The notes beneath the pieces were generated by a model. It was not told the origin of the DNA. It saw only the letters and a program-made list of their open reading frames with translations, and ran no database searches. Below, one piece after another: positions 58,187 to 64,000 of a stretch of DNA of 64,000 nucleotides (its first letter is position 1; every line of letters begins with the position of its first letter). Location of the stretch: the NCBI GenBank assembly GCA_964537475.1, contig CAZIBY010000002.1:209331-273330 (forward strand), given 5' to 3'. The stretch is from an uncultured Chitinophagaceae bacterium (GTDB lineage Bacteria > Bacteroidota > Bacteroidia > Chitinophagales > LD1). The translations under genes were made by a program, and so were the position numbers.

Positions 58187-58222
58187 GAAGCCTTCTACGA
58201 TCTGTGTGGAAGGCTTTTTTAT
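58187..58222 (+). terminator. riboswitch expression-platform terminator
   Basis: aagccttc-12 nt-gaaggctt hairpin followed by ttttt, lying between the aptamer and the ATG at 58338. Confidence 0.7.
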
Positions 58223-58337
58223 TTTACGCCGGTAGCAAATGCATGTGCTACGGGGTGAAATAAAAAGCAGTCCCGCAGTCTTTCCGATAAGCCGCGTTTA
58301 GGAATCCATTTTTCTAACCAACTAAATCAGAAAGACA

Positions 58338-59510
58338 ATGTCAACACAAACACAGATCATCCACAGCATACCCGTAGACCCACTGACCGGCTCCATCAGC
58401 GTGCCTATCTACCAGACCTCCACATTCGTACAGGAGGCACCCGGCGTACACAAAGGTTACGACTACGCCCGCAGCAATAACCCTACCCGCAAAGCACTCG
58501 AGGACGTGATCGCACAGCTCGAAAAAGGCACCAGCGGCTACGCATTCGCCAGCGGCCTCGCAGCGATAGATGCGGTGGTGAAACTCCTCTCAGCAGGTGA
58601 TGAGATCATAGCAGTAGACGACATCTACGGCGGTGCGTTTCGCCTCTTCACACACATCTACCAGAAGTTTGGCATCAGCATCAAGTATGTAGACGCCACC
58701 GATCACCGCAATGTGGCCGATGCCATCACCCCAGCTACCAAGCTCATCTGGATAGAAAGCCCGACCAATCCCACACTCAAGATCGCCGATATAGCAGAGA
58801 TCGCTGCCATAGCCAAAGCCAATAAGGTGCTGCTCTGCGTAGACAACACCTTCGCCTCTCCTGCCTCTCAGAAACCAATCACACTCGGTGCCGACATCGT
58901 AGTACACAGCGGCACCAAATACCTCGGCGGTCACAGCGACCTGATAGCAGGCCTCGTGGTCACTGCTACACAAGAGTTGGGAGACAAGATCAAGTTCATA
59001 CAAAATGCCTCAGGTGCCATCCTTGCGCCATTTGATAGCTGGCTGGTGATACGCGGCATCGAGACACTCGACCTGCGTGTAGCGCGCCACTCACAGAGTG
59101 CACAGGCAGTAGCAGAGTACCTGCAAACAGAAGAACTCGTAGGCAACATCTACTATCCCGGCCTCCCCTCCCATCCAAACTATGCAGTAGCCAGCAAGCA
59201 GCAAAAGTACACCGGCGGCATCATTTCATTTGACCTCAAAGTAGACGACAAGGCTCTCGCCTCACAGATCGTCAGTAGCACTAAATATTTCAAACTCGCC
59301 GAAAGCCTCGGTGGTGTCAAGAGCCTCTGTTGCCTGCCATGTGAGATGACCCACAAATCCATCCCACAGGAGAAGCGCTATGAAGCAGGCGTGAAAGACA
59401 GCCTCATCCGTTTGTCTGTAGGGTTAGAAGACGCAGCCGACCTCATAGCGGATCTCAAGCAAGCCTTCGCCACAGCAAAGCAAAAACTAACAGTCTCCGC
59501 CTTGTCTTGA
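58338..59510 (+). CDS. Cys/Met-metabolism PLP enzyme (cystathionine gamma-synthase / beta-lyase / gamma-lyase family)
   Basis: 390 aa. 'VHSGTKYLGGHSD' carries the PLP lysine. 'ESLGGVKSL' is also present. Confidence 0.88.
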   Translation: MSTQTQIIHSIPVDPLTGSISVPIYQTSTFVQEAPGVHKGYDYARSNNPTRKALEDVIAQLEKGTSGYAFASGLAAIDAVVKLLSAGDEIIAVDDIYGGAFRLFTHIYQKFGISIKYVDATDHRNVADAITPATKLIWIESPTNPTLKIADIAEIAAIAKANKVLLCVDNTFASPASQKPITLGADIVVHSGTKYLGGHSDLIAGLVVTATQELGDKIKFIQNASGAILAPFDSWLVIRGIETLDLRVARHSQSAQAVAEYLQTEELVGNIYYPGLPSHPNYAVASKQQKYTGGIISFDLKVDDKALASQIVSSTKYFKLAESLGGVKSLCCLPCEMTHKSIPQEKRYEAGVKDSLIRLSVGLEDAADLIADLKQAFATAKQKLTVSALS

Positions 59511-59535
59511 TTCTTTGTTCTTGAATCTTAACTCT

Positions 59536-59569
59536 ATGTCTCACGTCTCAAATCTCATGTCTCACGTCT
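59536..59569. repeat. two 13-bp direct repeats (atgtctcacgtct) spaced 21 bp apart
   Basis: Copies at 59536-59548 and 59557-59569, in the 70-bp spacer between the PLP enzyme gene and hom. Confidence 0.7.
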
Positions 59570-59580
59570 AAACTATCTCA

Positions 59581-60825
59581 ATGCAAAGAAAAAAACTAAA
59601 CATAGGACTCTTCGGCTTCGGCTGTGTAGGCTTCGGACTCTACCAGGTACTAGAGCGCACACCCACGCTCAATGCCACCATCAAAACCATCTGCGTAAAG
59701 GACCGCCACAAGCAGCGCCCCATACCCGCAGACAAGTTTACATATCACAAGGAAGATATCCTCGATGACAAAGACATCAATGTGATCGTAGAGCTGATCG
59801 ACAATGCTGACGAGGCATTTGAGATCGTATCCGCTGCCCTACGCTCCGGCCGTGCAGTGGTCACCGCCAATAAGAAGATGATAGCCGAGCATCTGGCAGA
59901 GCTCATTGACCTGCAGCGCACCCACGGCGTACCGCTGCTCTATGAGGCGAGCTGTTGTGCCAGCATCCCCATCCTCCGCAATCTGGAGGAGTATTATGAC
60001 AATGACCTGCTGAAAAGCGTAGAAGGCATCGTCAACGGCTCTACCAACTACATCCTCACCAAGATGGCAAGCGAAGGGCTCAGCTATGACGCTGCACTGA
60101 AAGAAGCACAGCAGAAAGGCTACGCTGAGAGCAACCCGCTACTGGATACCGGCGGTTTCGATGCCAAATATAAGCTGCTCATCCTAGCGGCGCATGCCTT
60201 TGGCGGCATACTAAAGCCGTCAGAAATATTCAATGCCGGTATAGACCGTATCACGCCGCTCGATCAGCAGTATGCAAAGGAGAAAGGGGTGAAGGTAAAA
60301 CTGCTCGCAAGGGCTTTCAAAAAAGAAGATGGTACGGTGTCAGCCTTCGTCTCTCCACACTACATCGCGCCCGCAGATCGCCTCTATAATGTAGATGATG
60401 TCTACAATGGCGTCACGCTCAAGACAGTCTTCTCAGAGGATCAGTTCTTCTCCGGCAAGGGTGCCGGCGCATACCCCACTGCATCGGCAGTCATCAGCGA
60501 TCTATCTGCGCTGACCTACGATTACAAGTATGAATACAAAAAGGTAAATCACTACGAGCATATCACATATAGTCATGATACGCTACTCAAAGTATATGCC
60601 AGCAGCCAGAGCGATTATCAGGCCGATGTGGCAGCCTACTTTGAGGAAGTATGGGAACAATTTTCCAATGGCAGGCAATGCTATAATATCGGTACTATCA
60701 GCCTGGAAAATTATGCCCGCCTATATGCTGAGAAGCCCGTCTCACTGATCGTGATAGGCCGTCATACTTCCGGCGAGGAGGTACTGGCGGGCGTAGATAT
60801 CGAGGCGCTGGTAGCCACGCCGTGA
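59581..60825 (+). CDS. hom: homoserine dehydrogenase
   Basis: 'IGLFGFGCVG' NAD-binding motif and 'VEGIVNGSTNYILTKM', followed by a C-terminal regulatory-like extension. Confidence 0.85.
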   Translation: MQRKKLNIGLFGFGCVGFGLYQVLERTPTLNATIKTICVKDRHKQRPIPADKFTYHKEDILDDKDINVIVELIDNADEAFEIVSAALRSGRAVVTANKKMIAEHLAELIDLQRTHGVPLLYEASCCASIPILRNLEEYYDNDLLKSVEGIVNGSTNYILTKMASEGLSYDAALKEAQQKGYAESNPLLDTGGFDAKYKLLILAAHAFGGILKPSEIFNAGIDRITPLDQQYAKEKGVKVKLLARAFKKEDGTVSAFVSPHYIAPADRLYNVDDVYNGVTLKTVFSEDQFFSGKGAGAYPTASAVISDLSALTYDYKYEYKKVNHYEHITYSHDTLLKVYASSQSDYQADVAAYFEEVWEQFSNGRQCYNIGTISLENYARLYAEKPVSLIVIGRHTSGEEVLAGVDIEALVATP

Positions 60826-60843
60826 TTTCGTATCTTGCCTCCC

Positions 60844-61584
60844 ATGAGATTTCAAAACAAAGTAGCCGTGATCACCGGCGGCGCTGCAGGTATAGGCCGC
60901 GCAGCAGTAGAGAAATTTGCCCGCGAGGGTGCAGCAGTAGCGATATGGGATGTGAACGAAGTGCAGGGCAAAGAGCTGGAGCTGATCTTATTGCATGAGG
61001 GCTTTGCAGCCAAATTTACCAGGGTCAATACGGCAAAGTACGACGAGGTAGAAGCTGCTACCCAAGCAGTGATGGCGCAGTTTGGCCGGATAGATATACT
61101 GGTCAATAATGCCGGCATCACCCGCGATGCCAGCCTGCAGAAAATGACCGCCGAAAACTGGCAGCAGGTACTCGACGTCAATCTTACCGGTGTCTTCAAC
61201 TGCACCAAAGCCGTGACACCCGGTATGATCGCACAAAATAGCGGCGTGATCATCAATACATCCTCCATCGTAGGCCTCTATGGCAACTATGGCCAATCTA
61301 ACTATGCCGCCACCAAAAGTGGCGTGATAGGCCTCACCAAAACATGGGCTCGTGAGCTGGGCAAAAACAATATCCGTGTCAATGCAGTAGCGCCCGGCTT
61401 CATCGCCACTGACATGATCAATACGATACCGGAGAAGGTCATCACCTCCATGCAGGAGAAAGTACCACTGCGCCGACTCGGCACACCGGAAGATGTAGCG
61501 AATCTCTATTCCTTCCTGGCAAGTGATGAAGCGGCCTTTATCTCAGGTACGGTGATCAGTGTGGATGGGGGACTGACTATATGA
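60844..61584 (+). CDS. fabG: 3-oxoacyl-ACP reductase-like short-chain dehydrogenase
   Basis: ATG at 60844. 'VITGGAAGIG', 'NNAGI' and 'YAATKSG' motifs. The precise substrate is not certain. Confidence 0.8.
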   Translation: MRFQNKVAVITGGAAGIGRAAVEKFAREGAAVAIWDVNEVQGKELELILLHEGFAAKFTRVNTAKYDEVEAATQAVMAQFGRIDILVNNAGITRDASLQKMTAENWQQVLDVNLTGVFNCTKAVTPGMIAQNSGVIINTSSIVGLYGNYGQSNYAATKSGVIGLTKTWARELGKNNIRVNAVAPGFIATDMINTIPEKVITSMQEKVPLRRLGTPEDVANLYSFLASDEAAFISGTVISVDGGLTI

Positions 61585-61627
61585 TACAGGTCAAAGCGTT
61601 TTTGTACCTTTGCCCCAAGAACAAGTT

Positions 61628-62008
61628 ATGGGACTAGTATACTCAGAGATCACGCTGGCTAATCCGGTCAAATCAGACCTCCAGCCTATATCCATAAAGT
61701 GCCTGGCCGACACCGGCTCTACCTACCTCGTATTACCAGAGCATATAGCGACGCAGTTGCAGCTAAAACCACTAGAAACAAGGGAAGCTACCACAGCAGA
61801 CGGCCGCTCTCATACAGTGCCTTACGCCGGTCCCGTTCGTATCACTTTTGAGAACCGCAACTGTTTCGTCGGAGCATTGATCATGGGAGATGAAGTACTC
61901 CTAGGTGCGGTACCGATGGAGGACATGGACCTGATCGTCCACCCTAAGCTACTTAAGCTATCAGTAAACCCGGAAAGCCCTAATATTCCCAGAGGGCATG
62001 TAAAGTAA
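61628..62008 (+). CDS. retropepsin-like (clan AA) aspartic protease
   Basis: 126 aa from the ATG at 61628. 'CLADTGSTYLVLP' catalytic DTGS motif and 'LLGAVPMEDMDLIV'. Confidence 0.75.
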   Translation: MGLVYSEITLANPVKSDLQPISIKCLADTGSTYLVLPEHIATQLQLKPLETREATTADGRSHTVPYAGPVRITFENRNCFVGALIMGDEVLLGAVPMEDMDLIVHPKLLKLSVNPESPNIPRGHVK

Positions 62009-62185
62009 TTACTTCTTCCGCTTTTTGGCGAGGTACTCCGTCAATTCTTGTCTAACCTGCTCGATCGGTACAAATTCTAGTGTTCTCGGCCTATCAAGGT
62101 ATTCCGCCAATTCCTCTTTAGTCGCGGGACGACCAATACCTAAAACAACATCTCTTGGTGTAAGCTTTTTATGTGGCTGTTTCAT
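62009..62185 (-). CDS. 58-aa hypothetical protein (below the ORF-track size cut-off)
   Basis: My manual translation is MKQPHKKLTPRDVVLGIGRPATKEELAEYLDRPRTLEFVPIEQVRQELTEYLAKKRKK. Its stop codon abuts the protease stop with zero spacer. Confidence 0.4.
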   Translation of the reverse strand: MKQPHKKLTPRDVVLGIGRPATKEELAEYLDRPRTLEFVPIEQVRQELTEYLAKKRKK

Positions 62186-62242
62186 GACCGGGAGATTGTA
62201 ATCTTAAAGATACCGACAAATCGAAACTTCACCAAAAGCACC

Positions 62243-63334
62243 TTACCCCACCTTCTTGGTAGCGTGCAGCAGATAGGCCTTGATAAAATCATCCAGCTCC
62301 CCGTCTAGTACAGGTTGTACATTGCCAGTCTCGTAGCCGGAACGGGTGTCTTTGATGAGCTTGTATGGATGCAGTACATAGTTGCGGATCTGTGACCCCC
62401 ACTCTATCTTGAGCTTGGTACCTTCTATTTTGTCACGCTCTTCGTTGCGTTTCTCCAGCTCCATTTCGTAGAGTTTGGATTTGAGCATTTGTAGGGCACG
62501 GTCGCGGTTGTCATGCTGGGAGCGGGTCACCTGGCAGGTCACTACGATACCTGTAGGGAGGTGCTTCACACGCACCGCTGTTTCTACCTTGTTTACGTTC
62601 TGGCCACCTGCGCCGCTGGAGCGGAAGGTATCCCACTCTAGCTCGGAGGCTGGCACATTGATCTCTATCGTATCATCTACTATCGGACTCACAAAAACGG
62701 ACGCAAAGGATGTCTGACGCTTGCCCTGTGCATTGAATGGCGAGATACGCACCAGGCGGTGTACGCCATTCTCTCCCTTCAGGTAGCCATAGGCAAACTC
62801 CCCTTCTATCTCCAGTGATACCGAGCGGATACCAGCCACATCATCGTCCGTGCGCTCTACCTCCGTGATCTTGAAGCCATGCTGCTCTGCCCACATCACA
62901 TACATACGCATGAGAATAGAGGCCCAGTCGCAGCTCTCTGTGCCGCCCGCGCCGGCATTGATCTCCAGGATCGCGCCCATCGCATCTTCCGGCCTGTCCA
63001 GCGTTGATTTGAATTCGAGCTTCTCTACTGCCTCCAGCGCCTTCTGATACTGCGCCTTCAGGTCTGCCTCCACAGGCTCGCCGGCCTCGTAGAACTCGCG
63101 CAGCACCTTCGTATCCTCATACTCGCGCAGCGTATTCTCATAGTCTATCAGCCAGAATTTATTCAGCTTGATCTCCTTCATGATGGTCTCGGCCTTCTTG
63201 GGGTCAGACCAGAAGTCAGGGTGCAGCGTCGTATTCTCATCCTGCTGGATCTTGATACGGCGCTCGTCTATATTGAGAAAGCGCGCCAGGTTGTCCAGGC
63301 GGCTTTTGATATCTGCTATATTCTCGTTAGTCAC
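62243..63334 (-). CDS. prfB: peptide chain release factor 2, apparently without programmed frameshift
   Basis: The 'SPF' tripeptide and '[16 protein letters not shown]' GGQ motif are present. A GTG start at 63334 gives [26 protein letters not shown] in one continuous frame. Confidence 0.9.
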   Translation of the reverse strand: MTNENIADIKSRLDNLARFLNIDERRIKIQQDENTTLHPDFWSDPKKAETIMKEIKLNKFWLIDYENTLREYEDTKVLREFYEAGEPVEADLKAQYQKALEAVEKLEFKSTLDRPEDAMGAILEINAGAGGTESCDWASILMRMYVMWAEQHGFKITEVERTDDDVAGIRSVSLEIEGEFAYGYLKGENGVHRLVRISPFNAQGKRQTSFASVFVSPIVDDTIEINVPASELEWDTFRSSGAGGQNVNKVETAVRVKHLPTGIVVTCQVTRSQHDNRDRALQMLKSKLYEMELEKRNEERDKIEGTKLKIEWGSQIRNYVLHPYKLIKDTRSGYETGNVQPVLDGELDDFIKAYLLHATKKVG

Positions 63335-63383
63335 TTGTCGTCTATTGGGGGGCGAAGATAGAAAAACGGACGGCCCCACCCAA

Positions 63384-63402
63384 CCCTCCCCATCAGGGAG
63401 GG
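63384..63402. repeat. REP-like hairpin ccctccc-catca-gggaggg
   Basis: Perfect 7-bp stem in the intergenic region. It creates the spurious N-terminal extension of the prfB ORF. Confidence 0.65.
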
Positions 63403-63429
63403 CCAATGCAAGATCCTGGGCCTAAACAG

Positions 63430-64000
63430 CTACAGCAATGTCGCTTTAATGCACTTCTCCAGATTCTGCAGTCCTGTCTTCAGCTCCTCATGGTGCGGAT
63501 AGCCGTAGCCTATACGCATATAGGTACGCTCCTGCTCAAACCAGTGCCCCGGCCCCACTACGGTTCCGTATTCATTATAGAGCTTGTCATATAGCGCCTC
63601 TACATCTACTTTATAAGCAGCCTTTAGCCGCGGGAAGCAGACCACACCCGCCTGTGGCTCTACCCACTCCAGGTATGGTTGCGTTGCCATCCATTCTTTC
63701 AGATAGGCAAAGTTCTTTCTGATATGCTCGTGGTGTGCGGAGACGAGTTTCTCCTTATGCGTCAGGAGGTGCAGAGCTATGGTCTCGTCTACCACAGAGT
63801 TGCAGAGTGTGATCTGCTCACGGGCAGCCAGCAGGTCGTGGAGCAGCTTCTGATCCCGAGTGATCACCCATCCGGTGCGGATGCCCGGCGCACCATAGCT
63901 CTTGGACACTGATGATACGGAGATCACCTTATCAGAAAGCTCAGCAGCGTATGGTTTCAGGGCTGTTTGAAAATTCAGGTCGCGGTAGGTCTCATCTACC
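63430..64000 (-). CDS. class I/II PLP-dependent aminotransferase, C-terminal part (5' end is outside the window)
   Basis: The frame stays open to the window edge. 'DETYRDL' and 'SVSKSYGAPGIRTGW' (PLP lysine motif) are present. Confidence 0.8.
   Translation of the reverse strand, partial: VDETYRDLNFQTALKPYAAELSDKVISVSSVSKSYGAPGIRTGWVITRDQKLLHDLLAAREQITLCNSVVDETIALHLLTHKEKLVSAHHEHIRKNFAYLKEWMATQPYLEWVEPQAGVVCFPRLKAAYKVDVEALYDKLYNEYGTVVGPGHWFEQERTYMRIGYGYPHHEELKTGLQNLEKCIKATLL

Overview
This 64-kb segment looks like a Bacteroidota chromosome. Supporting signs are several proteins ending in T9SS-type C-terminal sorting domains, a Thr-Tyr-Gly-Thr tRNA cluster upstream of tuf, LptF/G, a TonB-dependent receptor, TAnnTTTG-like -7 boxes, and many ATGA/TAATG-coupled genes. 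Most of it is housekeeping: clpB, tuf, hpf, tgt, yidC, ahcY, lpdA, pbpC, prfB, CoA-transferase A/B, two photolyase-family genes, a SAM-I-riboswitch-controlled Met/homoserine operon and a two-component cluster. I found no rRNA, CRISPR array, integrase or transposase. Eight things stand out. (1) A visibly AT-rich ~1.6-kb mini-island sits directly 3' of a tRNA(CAT) and carries one orphan ORC/Cdc6-like P-loop NTPase with a winged-helix-like tail. This is my best candidate for a novel single-gene defence or selfish module. (2) Four ATGA-coupled, strongly diverged tandem paralogs encode T9SS-secreted proteins. (3) A tightly coupled lptG / KS-like / ACP / KS / GT-C-like / KS-like operon has an AT-rich 123-codon gene wedged between ACP and KS. 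(4) A secreted MsrB-like protein has lost its catalytic residues. (5) A COG3046 photolyase homolog appears to lack the Fe-S cysteine motif. (6) A T9SS adhesin-like gene is frameshifted. (7) There are several families of short GC-rich REP-like hairpins. (8) An uncharacterised operon encodes a polytopic membrane protein, a mini-protein and a possible dupli-GNAT protein. All functional calls come from reading the translations for motifs. No database search or numeric composition analysis was possible.
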